DNA of 38,344 nucleotides from a virus (IMGVR_UViG_3300026306_000003:1-38344), one strand, 5' to 3'; shown: positions 9,771 through 17,803, numbered from the stretch's first letter. Numbers and translations are program-made. The notes: generated by a model from the letters alone, not told the origin.

Positions 9771-9797
9771 GAGAAAATTTCTTTTCTCTCTCTTTTC
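9761..9797 (-). terminator. Probable intrinsic terminator abutting P4
   Basis: AGAGAAAA/TTTTCTCT stem followed by a T run on the minus strand. Confidence 0.55.
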
Positions 9798-9800
9798 CTG

Positions 9801-10082
9801 CTATTCTATAAATGTTCTTTGATCCTGATCCGGTTTCAGTTCCGGCTTTAGAATCAATTCATTTTTAATCGGGTTTTCAATTTTATTCAATTTCCAATCT
9901 TCAATCAGCTTTTCAGCCCATGTAGAAGAATTGAAATCAATTTCAGGACTTCCGACATTTTCAAAAGCTTTTTTATTCAATTGACATAATCTGTCAAATT
10001 CTTCTTGTGAAAAATATCTATTTGGTATAGCTTGTTTCCTTCTTAATGAAGCCTGTTCAGCTTTTTCTAATCCTGTAAGCAT
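9801..10082 (-). CDS. Hypothetical protein, 93 aa
   Basis: ORF in a tightly packed minus-strand operon. Confidence 0.65.
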   Translation of the reverse strand: MLTGLEKAEQASLRRKQAIPNRYFSQEEFDRLCQLNKKAFENVGSPEIDFNSSTWAEKLIEDWKLNKIENPIKNELILKPELKPDQDQRTFIE

Positions 10083-10087
10083 AATTT

Positions 10088-10396
10088 TTAATCGTTTAAA
10101 GAATTCACATAATGATATGATTTATTTATTTCTTCTCTTACTCCTTCCAATCCATAAACCATTTGGATATACATATTATTCACAAATATTTCAATTTCTT
10201 CTATTTCATCAAGCTTTTCAATTACCAACATACATTTTTTGAAGCCTACTTTTTTGACCAGTTCAGCCCATTCATCAGCTTTTCTTTCAAGTAAATTTGC
10301 AGCCTTCAGAAAATCAAAATAATCTACAGGAAGTAAAAAAGTAATATGTGGAGCATTTTCATATTCTTCTTTTATAGCATCACATCTTTCACACAT
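10088..10396 (-). CDS. Hypothetical protein, 102 aa (N-terminal CxxC)
   Basis: Operon packing; begins MCERC. Confidence 0.65.
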   Translation of the reverse strand: MCERCDAIKEEYENAPHITFLLPVDYFDFLKAANLLERKADEWAELVKKVGFKKCMLVIEKLDEIEEIEIFVNNMYIQMVYGLEGVREEINKSYHYVNSLND

Positions 10397-10402
10397 AGTT
10401 TT

Positions 10403-10732
10403 TCAGGTTTTTTGGTTTTGTTTCATAGCCATTTGCAAACAGGAATTTATTTCATCAATGCCATGCTGATAAATCATTTCCTGAAGGTTATTTTTTGATA
10501 TTTCATCCATTGCCGTATTGGTCGGGCAATGAATATAACCTTTTTTGATCTTCTTCAAATGCTTTTTCTTTAAAGAATCATTTGCTTTTTCTTGCAGATC
10601 AATATTTTGCTGTTTTACTGCATCAATGATTGAATGTAATTCAGCATCTGCATTTGAAGGCATTATTCTTGAAATGTATTCTTTTACATCGTTAATATCA
10701 ATATAAACATTAACTTTTTTTGTGGTAAACAT
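10403..10732 (-). CDS. Hypothetical protein (likely start MFTTKK, 109 aa)
   Basis: The longer start overlaps the upstream gene; ATG at 10732 follows an A-rich leader. Confidence 0.6.
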   Translation of the reverse strand: MFTTKKVNVYIDINDVKEYISRIMPSNADAELHSIIDAVKQQNIDLQEKANDSLKKKHLKKIKKGYIHCPTNTAMDEISKNNLQEMIYQHGIDEINSCLQMAMKQNQKT

Positions 10733-10799
10733 CTTTTTATTTTTTGTTTTGTGTTTCTTATTTTCTATTTCTTTTGGCTTGATACCCATGCCATTTAGA

Positions 10800-11090
10800 T
10801 TAATCCATTTTTTTTGCATTCTTATAATCTTCAGCAGGAATGTAATCAACAAGATATTTTATCTGATCTTCATTTACTTGAATGCTTCCTTCCATTACTC
10901 CAATAATCACATCATCAAAAGAAATCATAAAACATAGTTTTTTATCCTGAACAGGAATTTGTTTGATTCTTAAACTATCATCAGGTAAAGGTTTTCTTTT
11001 CAGGCATTTCCCTAAAAGTTCAACTAAAAAAGCAGTATTTACTTCTGTTATTTTATTTGTAATTTTTGAAATCAATTGTTTATCAGTCAT
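10800..11090 (-). CDS. Hypothetical protein, 96 aa
   Basis: Operon packing; overlaps the upstream stop. Confidence 0.65.
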   Translation of the reverse strand: MTDKQLISKITNKITEVNTAFLVELLGKCLKRKPLPDDSLRIKQIPVQDKKLCFMISFDDVIIGVMEGSIQVNEDQIKYLVDYIPAEDYKNAKKMD

Positions 11091-11280
11091 TTTTATAATT
11101 GTTTGTTTGTTGCAAACCCAAAGAAGGAACTAATTTTAAATTGTTTAATTCAGGAAATTCAATGTAAGGAATTTCTTTTCTTCTGATCATTGCTGAAATG
11201 TATTGTGTAGAGCAGCTTTTTTCAGCAGCTAAAGTTTTAATTGTTACCCAACCGCGCAAATCTATTACAGGTAATATCAT
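11083..11280 (-). CDS. Small HTH DNA-binding protein (excisionase/MerR-like fold)
   Basis: WVTIKTLAAEKSCSTQYISAMIRRKEIP pattern. Confidence 0.55.
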   Translation of the reverse strand: MILPVIDLRGWVTIKTLAAEKSCSTQYISAMIRRKEIPYIEFPELNNLKLVPSLGLQQTNNYKND

Positions 11281-11765
11281 GATTTTATTCTTTCAGGACT
11301 ATTCAATTCAGTTATTTTTAAAGCAATTGCCTGTCTTAAATCGGCTTTTTGTTGCTTGTATTCATTTGTTTTATCTTTTAATTCAGGAACAATTGAGGTA
11401 GCTACAATTTGATTTTCTAAATTAAAATATTGTTCAATGCTTTCAACTATATCTTTCAATTGTTGCTCTGCTGTCAATTCACGCAATTCAAAAGGCAACA
11501 ACCGTTCAATGTGAAATTCAGGATAATCAATCACATTATCTTGAATTACTTTCAGCCTTACAGAAGTGCCCCCTAACTTTTCAAACTCCTTTAAACATTG
11601 GTGAAAATGTGCTACTGATTCCAGTAATGGAATTTGATGATCCACAAAGGATGCTTTTTTGTAATATCCGGCAATGCCTTTAATGAATCCCCTTTTATAG
11701 AATTTGCCCACTATTAAAACATCTGAAGTCTTAACGGCTAATTTTATTGCAGCTTTCTTTGCCAT
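11277..11765 (-). CDS. Hypothetical protein, 162 aa
   Basis: Operon packing; coiled C-terminus. Confidence 0.65.
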   Translation of the reverse strand: MAKKAAIKLAVKTSDVLIVGKFYKRGFIKGIAGYYKKASFVDHQIPLLESVAHFHQCLKEFEKLGGTSVRLKVIQDNVIDYPEFHIERLLPFELRELTAEQQLKDIVESIEQYFNLENQIVATSIVPELKDKTNEYKQQKADLRQAIALKITELNSPERIKS

Positions 11766-11775
11766 ATCAATTCAT

Positions 11776-11982
11776 TTAAAGTAGATTGTTTATTACATAT
11801 TCCGGTGATAGATCAATTTTTTTGCATTCATTTTTAAAAAGATTATAGCAAAGCTTTTCATGTGCTGACATTTTTTTATAGGCTGAATCCCACGTTTCAG
11901 GAATATTCTTTTCAGCATCATTCCATTTTTTATAGGCAATGATCAATGTTGAAGGTAGTTCAATATCTTGCATTATATCCAA
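11776..11982 (-). CDS. Hypothetical protein, 68 aa
   Basis: Operon packing. Confidence 0.6.
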   Translation of the reverse strand: MDIMQDIELPSTLIIAYKKWNDAEKNIPETWDSAYKKMSAHEKLCYNLFKNECKKIDLSPEYVINNLL

Positions 11983-11985
11983 TGT

Positions 11986-12240
11986 TTATATGATTGCTCT
12001 ATAGATTTTCCAACCTCTTTCATTTACATATTCATCGGGAATTTCCTGCCATTGGAATTCTTCAGCATCAGCATTCTTTTTTCTTTTTGGGAGTTGCTGA
12101 AAATCCATTTTAGCAGTATAAAACCCATCCCCTATTTTATAAATGGCTTTATTGTACCTTCCTTTTTTATAATTGGCTTTGGTCAAATCGGCTTTATCAA
12201 TACATAAATAGCAAGCTAAAGCATCTTTTGCTGTTTTCAT
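11986..12240 (-). CDS. Hypothetical protein, 84 aa
   Basis: First gene after promoter P10. Confidence 0.65.
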   Translation of the reverse strand: MKTAKDALACYLCIDKADLTKANYKKGRYNKAIYKIGDGFYTAKMDFQQLPKRKKNADAEEFQWQEIPDEYVNERGWKIYRAII

Positions 12241-12259
12241 TGTTTCCGGTTTTGGTTTC

Positions 12260-12290
12260 TAAATTTAGGAAACGTTACGTAAGGGAACAA
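12260..12290 (-). promoter_or_regulatory. Promoter P10 with TTACGTAACG box in spacer
   Basis: TTG-TTCCCTTACGTAACGTTTCC(20)-TAAATTTA; preceded by a CCGG hairpin/T run at about 12301-12329. Confidence 0.6.
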
Positions 12291-12343
12291 ATAAGGATTT
12301 AAAAAAACCGGCTTTTGATCCGGCTTTTTCATTTCAATTCATT

Positions 12344-12577
12344 TTAAATCCAACTCTCTAAAATAACAGGATCATCATTTTCATTCCTGCCTAAATTGAA
12401 CAAACCTTTTTTTATCATTTCCTCTCTGCATTTTTTCAAATCCTTATGATTGAAAAGATAATTCAAATCCTGAAAAGGTTTGCCGGTGTCAATAATCCAT
12501 TTCTTTATCACATATTCCCCCTGCCAATCCAAAGGACTTTTGTAAATGGTGTAAATTTCTAGTTTTTCAGCTACCAT
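12344..12577 (-). CDS. Conserved hypothetical protein, 77 aa
   Basis: IY..P.D....YV...W and R...DDPVILESW pattern recalled from small phage/bacterial proteins of unknown function. Confidence 0.65.
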   Translation of the reverse strand: MVAEKLEIYTIYKSPLDWQGEYVIKKWIIDTGKPFQDLNYLFNHKDLKKCREEMIKKGLFNLGRNENDDPVILESWI

Positions 12578-12927
12578 TTGATTTCTTTGTTTTCCGGCAA
12601 AGTATCTTCAAACCGTTCATGTTGCTTTCCATAAACTTTAATATCCTTCAGGTTTTCACATTTCATCATTGAAATTCTTAAACCTATGTTGTTTCCAACT
12701 CCAAGTTGATTATGCAGCCATCCAATGCAATGATCTTGCTGTTCCCCTTTTGAATGATGGCAAGCCATTACAGCCAATGTTTTGCCTATGTTCAGTTCTC
12801 CTTCTTTGGCAATGGTTGCTTCCAAATTTTTGTGCCGTTCTTCTGAATAGCCATCAGGAATTTCAAAGGGATTAGTTTTTACTTTCCAAGGGCATTTGCT
12901 GCATTGTTTTGTTCTTGATAGTTTCAT
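12571..12927 (-). CDS. Cys/His metal-binding protein (DUF6283-like)
   Basis: CSKCPWK...MACHHS...HCIGWL. Confidence 0.55.
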   Translation of the reverse strand: MKLSRTKQCSKCPWKVKTNPFEIPDGYSEERHKNLEATIAKEGELNIGKTLAVMACHHSKGEQQDHCIGWLHNQLGVGNNIGLRISMMKCENLKDIKVYGKQHERFEDTLPENKEIKW

Positions 12928-13166
12928 TATTTTTCAGATTTTCCGAACAGATATGCAGCAATAATCATTTCCCCAAAAGATATTTTTTCATTTAAATATT
13001 CATTTTCAATTTGCTTACTGAATTCTTCAAAAGTAACTTTTGCCGGCTCTGCTTCTTTGGCTTCCAATTCTTTTATTCTTTCCAACTCATGAAGCATTGG
13101 AAAACCAATGATTTCAACTGATTCTTTCAAATTTTTCAATTCTGTTTTTTCTCTTTCGTTTAGCAT
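12927..13166 (-). CDS. Hypothetical protein, 79 aa
   Basis: Operon packing; Glu-rich. Confidence 0.6.
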   Translation of the reverse strand: MLNEREKTELKNLKESVEIIGFPMLHELERIKELEAKEAEPAKVTFEEFSKQIENEYLNEKISFGEMIIAAYLFGKSEK

Positions 13167-13177
13167 AACTTTATTTT

Positions 13178-13492
13178 TTATTCTTCAATTAAATCTTTCA
13201 TTTTAAAAACCATTGTTGTTTGTTGCCCAACCTCAAAAGCAATATTTAATTCAATGTGAATCACTCCGGTTTTTGAAAGTGATCTTAAAAGCTTTTCCAA
13301 TTGTTCCGGTGTTGTTGGTTTGCTTCTTTCATTTGCAAATTCCATTGGTTGCCATCCTTTTTTGAAGATTGCATTGGCTGAACCACTAAATTCAGAACGG
13401 TAAAAGTTTGTGATTCCTACAATAAAAGGAAATGGTTTTGTAATGTCGCAAATGTTATAAATGGCAGGGAAATTATTGATTGGAATATTCAT
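13178..13492 (-). CDS. Hypothetical early protein, 104 aa (start revised to MNIPIN)
   Basis: The ORF-track extension spans promoter P5. Confidence 0.7.
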   Translation of the reverse strand: MNIPINNFPAIYNICDITKPFPFIVGITNFYRSEFSGSANAIFKKGWQPMEFANERSKPTTPEQLEKLLRSLSKTGVIHIELNIAFEVGQQTTMVFKMKDLIEE

Positions 13493-13522
13493 TATTTTGT
13501 ATGTATTAGGTGTTTTTCTTAT

Positions 13523-13579
13523 TTGATGATGTAAAGGTACAACATTGATTTTTATGATGCAAGCTTTCATCAAAAAAAA
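13523..13579 (-). promoter_or_regulatory. Repeat promoter P5 (subtype A)
   Basis: TTTTTTTTGATGAAAGC-TTG-CATCATAAAAATCAATGTTG-TACCTTTA-CATCATCAA. Confidence 0.85.
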
Positions 13580-13581
13580 GA

Positions 13582-13875
13582 TCAATTATTTTCAATCAGT
13601 TTATTTAAATCAGCAATTACTTTTTCATAGGTTGCAATTTTTCCTTCATTCCAAGTAATTGCAGCTTTTGAAGTATTTATTTTTACTTTTAAAGCAAACC
13701 ATTCATGTTCATAATCATTATGCGTTATATCCAATGTTTTATGCTTCTTATGATCTTCTAATTCATGTAATTCAGTTTGTAATTTCTTCAGATATTTAAT
13801 TTTGCTCTGAATAAATTCCTTCCAAAAATTAATATCATGATTATAATTTTGAATTAATTCCTTTATTGCTTCCAT
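13582..13875 (-). CDS. Hypothetical coiled-coil protein, 97 aa (start revised to MEAIKE)
   Basis: The longer start lies in a GC hairpin; ATG at 13875 follows an A-rich leader. Confidence 0.65.
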   Translation of the reverse strand: MEAIKELIQNYNHDINFWKEFIQSKIKYLKKLQTELHELEDHKKHKTLDITHNDYEHEWFALKVKINTSKAAITWNEGKIATYEKVIADLNKLIENN

Positions 13876-13986
13876 TTCTATTTGAATTGATTTGAAATTT
13901 GATAAGGGGGGGGGGTGCAATCCCCCTAAAGCTTTCCTTTATCTGCTTTTCCCTTATGTGATAGTTATTAAATAGTTATGTGATTT

Positions 13987-14211
13987 TTACTTTGCTCTAA
14001 AGATCGGGCACATTGAATATTTTCCCAAAGCATAAATAAATTCTGCTCCATCATGAACATAAATTTTACATCTTTTTTGTTCACCATTTACTTTAACTGT
14101 GGCAGATTTATCAGTCCGGCTTAATACTTCAGCCTGAAAAATACATTCATAATCCCCGATTGATCTTGCAAATAAAGTTGTTCCGGCTTTGATGGTTTTT
14201 AAAGTATTCAT
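13987..14211 (-). CDS. Hypothetical early protein, 74 aa
   Basis: First gene after P6; beta-rich. Confidence 0.75.
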   Translation of the reverse strand: MNTLKTIKAGTTLFARSIGDYECIFQAEVLSRTDKSATVKVNGEQKRCKIYVHDGAEFIYALGKYSMCPIFRAK

Positions 14212-14248
14212 TTCTTTAGATATTTAGAGTTTTTGTGATTGTTCCTGA

Positions 14249-14305
14249 TTGATGATGTAAAAGTACAGCTTATTTCGTTACGTAACAAGCAAATGCAAAA
14301 AAAAA
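14249..14305 (-). promoter_or_regulatory. Repeat promoter P6 (subtype B)
   Basis: TTG-TTACGTAACGAAATAAGCTG-TACTTTTA-CATCATCAA. Confidence 0.85.
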
Positions 14306-14311
14306 GTGAAA

Positions 14312-14569
14312 TTATTTTCCAGTATAGCACCACCCTAAACCGGCAATGAATTCTGAATTATCAATAAATTCAATGGCTGCTGCTCTTGCATCTTTTTTAG
14401 TTGAAAAGAAATCTTCACCACCTTCAGTTGCTTCACCAAATTTTCCCCCCTTTACAATAAAATACCATTGAATTTCTGAAGTTTCTAAATCTTCAGAATC
14501 ATTCTTTATTACTTTAATGCTGATCCCTTTATAGTATTCTGAATAATAACCTGCTGCAATCTTTTTCAT
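14312..14569 (-). CDS. Hypothetical early protein, 85 aa (start revised to MKKIAAG; paralogue of 9498-9689)
   Basis: Single gene between P7 and P6. Confidence 0.75.
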   Translation of the reverse strand: MKKIAAGYYSEYYKGISIKVIKNDSEDLETSEIQWYFIVKGGKFGEATEGGEDFFSTKKDARAAAIEFIDNSEFIAGLGWCYTGK

Positions 14570-14591
14570 GATCTTTTGTGTTTCTTGCTGT

Positions 14592-14647
14592 TTGATGATG
14601 TAAAGGTACAACAAAAATCTGAAGTTGCAAGCATACAACAAAAAAAA
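14592..14647 (-). promoter_or_regulatory. Repeat promoter P7 (subtype C)
   Basis: TTG-CAACTTCAGATTTTTGTTG-TACCTTTA-CATCATCAA; a CCTGAAA/TTTCAGG hairpin (about 14645-14668) lies just upstream. Confidence 0.85.
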
Positions 14648-14660
14648 CCTGAAATATTTT

Positions 14661-15131
14661 TCAGGTTTCTAAAGCTTCAATGATGGTATCAATCAAATCA
14701 AAATTCTTTGGATCAATCCATGTTTTTGCAATCTCTAATGTTAGGCTTTTCCCGTTTTGATTTGGTGAATGTGATGCAAATTTTCCTTCAGTTGGTTTTA
14801 ATCCGGCATCATGAAGGCTGCATAAATTTTGATCATTAAGAAAAGCACATCCTGAATCAGTTTTTTCAGCTTGGATCATTGGAACAGGTTTTATGCCATG
14901 TAAAATTAAACCTGCCCAAAGTGTAGGCATTATCTTTTTTTTATGTCCTGCCTGAATCAGCTTTAAAATATCGAATGGAGTGCCTAAACAGGGGGCACGT
15001 TTGCACATATCCTTGCACCCCTTACAACTACATGAATTCTCCTTTTCTCCCGTTACAGCCAATATTTTAGCCGTTTCCAAAACTGAAGCTGCTTTAGAAT
15101 TTTCTAAAGCAGCATTAATTTTATCTTTCAT
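14661..15131 (-). CDS. YkgJ-like (CxxCxxCC-type) cysteine-cluster protein
   Basis: CSCKGCKDMC...PC, GCAFL, LCSLH...KP. Confidence 0.6.
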   Translation of the reverse strand: MKDKINAALENSKAASVLETAKILAVTGEKENSCSCKGCKDMCKRAPCLGTPFDILKLIQAGHKKKIMPTLWAGLILHGIKPVPMIQAEKTDSGCAFLNDQNLCSLHDAGLKPTEGKFASHSPNQNGKSLTLEIAKTWIDPKNFDLIDTIIEALET

Positions 15132-15323
15132 TTATTCTCTGTTCATTTTGTTTACAAAAATCCATGCTAAAAAACCGGCTTCATAAGATTCATTATCTTC
15201 ATCATCTTCTAATGATTCATTTCCAGTTTCCTTCAAATATTGATCCTGATATTTTTGAAATGTTTTGATTGAAAGATTTTGAATGAATTCAATTATTTCA
15301 TCTTCATTAGCAAGCTTTTCCAT
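15132..15323 (-). CDS. Small acidic protein, 63 aa (paralogue of 17524-17700)
   Basis: GNESLEDDEDNESYEAGFLAWIFVNK. Confidence 0.65.
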   Translation of the reverse strand: MEKLANEDEIIEFIQNLSIKTFQKYQDQYLKETGNESLEDDEDNESYEAGFLAWIFVNKMNRE

Positions 15324-15326
15324 TAT

Positions 15327-15599
15327 TTAATTCAATTGTTTTAAACGTTCATTTAAAAAATGAATTCTTTCAATCATTTGATTTTTAAATTTTTCCTTTA
15401 CCATTTCAATTGCTCTTGTAATATCAGTATCTTGATAATAATGTAAAATGGCAATTTGGTTTCCCATATCATCAGCAGGAAAATATTGAATTCTATTTAT
15501 TTCCTGTTCAGCAATTTCTTTTCCTCCCTCTTTCATTTTTTCTTCAGGCAAAGTTGTTATTTCAAAACCGTTTGCTGTGAATCCAATTATGGAAGTCAT
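15327..15599 (-). CDS. Hypothetical protein, 90 aa
   Basis: Operon packing. Confidence 0.6.
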   Translation of the reverse strand: MTSIIGFTANGFEITTLPEEKMKEGGKEIAEQEINRIQYFPADDMGNQIAILHYYQDTDITRAIEMVKEKFKNQMIERIHFLNERLKQLN

Positions 15600-15625
15600 T
15601 ATTTTTTTTTTTCATATCAATTCAT

Positions 15626-16429
15626 TTAAATAGCTATCGGAAATTCTTCTTTTGCAGGATCGTATTTTATTGATTTTGTGGTTTGTTTATTTCTGAAGTA
15701 ATTCCAAGTTTTCAGAATCAAAGCTGTTTTATGGCTGAATTGCATCTTTAGAATGCTTACACGATCTTCAAGCAATCTTTGGCGTAAAGCATTGATTGTT
15801 TCATTTTCTATGTTCACACCCAATGTTAATTGCTCCATAAATGATTTGGCTGCATCAGGATCAATTGAATAGAAGTAAGAGTAAAAACCACCGATTAAAG
15901 AAGGCTGCATAATTTTGGCAAATTGCAGATACCAGTTATAAGTTGTGTTTGCAATCATTGACCAAAACAGTTCATCTTCTAAATATTGCTCCAAAAGTTT
16001 GTTGTTTGTCATTTTCTTATGGATGTTTTGCCCCCTTTGACTAAATCCGCTTTTCAGATCATTGCAGAATGAAATGATTGATGGCAAAGAACTTGCATAT
16101 TTAATTCCCTTACTTGAAAAGGTATCTACTGCTGATCTTTTTGTTCCTGTATCAAGCACATCAAAAATATCTTCATCAAGTTCTGTTGCTAAAGCTAAAT
16201 TGATAGAAACTTTTGCCTGAATTATTGCCATCAATCTTTGCTGACCATCCAAAATCCTGCCTGTTTTGGCTATTTTAATGCACTCTGCTGTTCCTTCTTT
16301 CCATTTGCCATTTTTCATTTCTTCGGCATAACGTTTTACTACAGGAATTTTCGGAACTCTGTTCTGAACATTCATTTCGAGCAAATCTTTTGCTCTTTCG
16401 GGTGTGATTAATTCAATTGAAAATTTCAT
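15626..16429 (-). CDS. ParB/Srx-like (DGQHR-type) domain protein
   Basis: ITPERAKDLL..N..NR, YAEEM..G.W, GRILDGQQRLMAI, DTGTKRS. Confidence 0.7.
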   Translation of the reverse strand: MKFSIELITPERAKDLLEMNVQNRVPKIPVVKRYAEEMKNGKWKEGTAECIKIAKTGRILDGQQRLMAIIQAKVSINLALATELDEDIFDVLDTGTKRSAVDTFSSKGIKYASSLPSIISFCNDLKSGFSQRGQNIHKKMTNNKLLEQYLEDELFWSMIANTTYNWYLQFAKIMQPSLIGGFYSYFYSIDPDAAKSFMEQLTLGVNIENETINALRQRLLEDRVSILKMQFSHKTALILKTWNYFRNKQTTKSIKYDPAKEEFPIAI

Positions 16430-16434
16430 TTTAT

Positions 16435-16641
16435 TTAAGAGTTTGTATTATATCCGATTAAAGATAACAATTTGATTAAAATATTCAAATGATGTAATGG
16501 TAAAGATCGTTTTCTATTTAGGAAATATTGAAATGTTCCCCTACCAACACCGGCTTCTTTTTCAATGGCATTAACTGAAACAATTTTCTTTCTGCTTTCT
16601 GATTGCTCCCACCATTGCAGGATTTTTTCTGATTCTTCCAT
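16435..16641 (-). CDS. Small HTH (XRE-like) protein
   Basis: SVNAIEKEAGVGRGTFQYFLNRKRSLP. Confidence 0.55.
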   Translation of the reverse strand: MEESEKILQWWEQSESRKKIVSVNAIEKEAGVGRGTFQYFLNRKRSLPLHHLNILIKLLSLIGYNTNS

Positions 16642-16832
16642 TAACCCATGAAATTATTTACATTTTCTAATAAATCTTTGATGTATTCTAAATCTCTGCA
16701 AACTCCATATTTCAGATTAGTATTTTCTTCTGTTTTAAATTCCTGATCTAATATTGTTAGCTTTTCAAAGATTTTTTTTAGCACTTCATTTATTTGGCTT
16801 CTTTCCTCTTGATATTTTTTTTCTAATTCCAT
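16641..16832 (-). CDS. Hypothetical protein, 63 aa
   Basis: TAATG coupling with neighbours. Confidence 0.65.
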   Translation of the reverse strand: MELEKKYQEERSQINEVLKKIFEKLTILDQEFKTEENTNLKYGVCRDLEYIKDLLENVNNFMG

Positions 16833-17038
16833 TATTCAGCTTTAAGATTTTTAATCAATTTTATTATATCAATAATCTGATCATTAATTTCAAAATTAGC
16901 CATAATATAATCATCATTATATTTACAAAGTTCTTCAATTGCTTTATTCTGAAAAGCTAAAACCCCATTTATAAAATCCCCATTGCTTAAAATTGCTTCA
17001 GCTTTGGCTTTTTCCTGCCATGATTTATCTATTTCCAT
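16832..17038 (-). CDS. Hypothetical protein, 68 aa (tandem paralogue)
   Basis: Shares D.SW..KA, F.NGV..FQ.KAI.E and terminal LKAE with the upstream gene. Confidence 0.7.
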   Translation of the reverse strand: MEIDKSWQEKAKAEAILSNGDFINGVLAFQNKAIEELCKYNDDYIMANFEINDQIIDIIKLIKNLKAE

Positions 17039-17283
17039 TATTCAGCTTTAAGATATTTTAAAATTTCCTTTGCTATTGTTAGTCCATGATTAGCAGGTGA
17101 ACTACTCCAATCAGAATCTATTCTTTTTTGTATTTCTTGAATTGCTTTTTCTTGAAATTCAGAAACACCATTCATAAAAGCATGAAATTCAATTTGATAT
17201 GTAGTTTCATAATCAGGACATATTTCTGAATATTTATCAGCTTTATCAATCCATGAACTATCTAATTTTTTAAAAGAATCCAT
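17038..17283 (-). CDS. Hypothetical protein, 81 aa (tandem paralogue)
   Basis: Shares the same motifs with 16832-17038. Confidence 0.7.
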   Translation of the reverse strand: MDSFKKLDSSWIDKADKYSEICPDYETTYQIEFHAFMNGVSEFQEKAIQEIQKRIDSDWSSSPANHGLTIAKEILKYLKAE

Positions 17284-17284
17284 T

Positions 17285-17518
17285 TTATTTGATTTTAACT
17301 AAATACCATTTGATTCCATCTGTATCAGTTTGTAACTGTTCGGCTGTTACCAAATCCATTTCCAAAAGCTTGTTTAATGTCCGGCTTGGAATGCTCTGAT
17401 ACTTATTTCTGTTGTTCAGGAAATATTGCATTCCTATTGATCCGGCTTCCTGAATTTCATTTAAAAACCATTCCTGATTTTCTGTAAGCCTATGCTTTTT
17501 TTCTTCTTTTGTGATCAT
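17285..17518 (-). CDS. Hypothetical protein, possible winged-helix
   Basis: LTENQEWFLNEI...RTLNKLLEMDLV. Confidence 0.5.
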   Translation of the reverse strand: MITKEEKKHRLTENQEWFLNEIQEAGSIGMQYFLNNRNKYQSIPSRTLNKLLEMDLVTAEQLQTDTDGIKWYLVKIK

Positions 17519-17523
17519 TTCAA

Positions 17524-17700
17524 TTAGATTTTATTAGAAGTAATCCATTCTAAAAATTCATCTGTATAATTTCCAATTTCAGGATCAACAATATGTTCAT
17601 TTCCTGATTGCTCTTTATATTCAGCAATTAATTCAAAATAATCAGGCATATCTAAACCTTGTAATAAATCTTCAGCTTCTTCTTTTTTTGCAGTTATCAT
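17524..17700 (-). CDS. Small acidic protein, 58 aa (not in ORF track)
   Basis: MITAKKEEAEDLLQGLDMPDYFELIAEYKEQSGNEHIVDPEIGNYTDEFLEWITSNKI, directly after P8. Confidence 0.75.
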   Translation of the reverse strand: MITAKKEEAEDLLQGLDMPDYFELIAEYKEQSGNEHIVDPEIGNYTDEFLEWITSNKI

Positions 17701-17718
17701 TTTTAGAGTTGTTTTAGT

Positions 17719-17773
17719 TTGATGATGTAATATTACAGTTTATTTTTTTATGATGCAAGTTTCCAACAAAAAA
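17719..17773 (-). promoter_or_regulatory. Repeat promoter P8 (subtype A, divergent -7 box)
   Basis: TTG-CATCATAAAAAAATAAACTG-TAATATTA-CATCATCAA; a GGGGGG/CCCCCC hairpin at about 17779-17797 lies upstream. Confidence 0.75.
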
Positions 17774-17803
17774 TATTTGGGGGGGAATGATCCCCCCTTT
17801 TGA

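Noticed and set aside
12237-12332. 31-codon minus-strand ORF MKKPDQKPVF...
   Set aside because: It overlaps a hairpin and promoter P10, which explain the sequence better.
8960-14211. Paralogy between 8960-9172 and 13987-14211
   Set aside because: Only MNT..TI and NG..K..IY.H match; too weak without profile alignment.
15626-16429. Dnd phosphorothioation or ParABS partition system
   Set aside because: Only a lone DGQQR/ParB-like gene; no dndCDE or parA.
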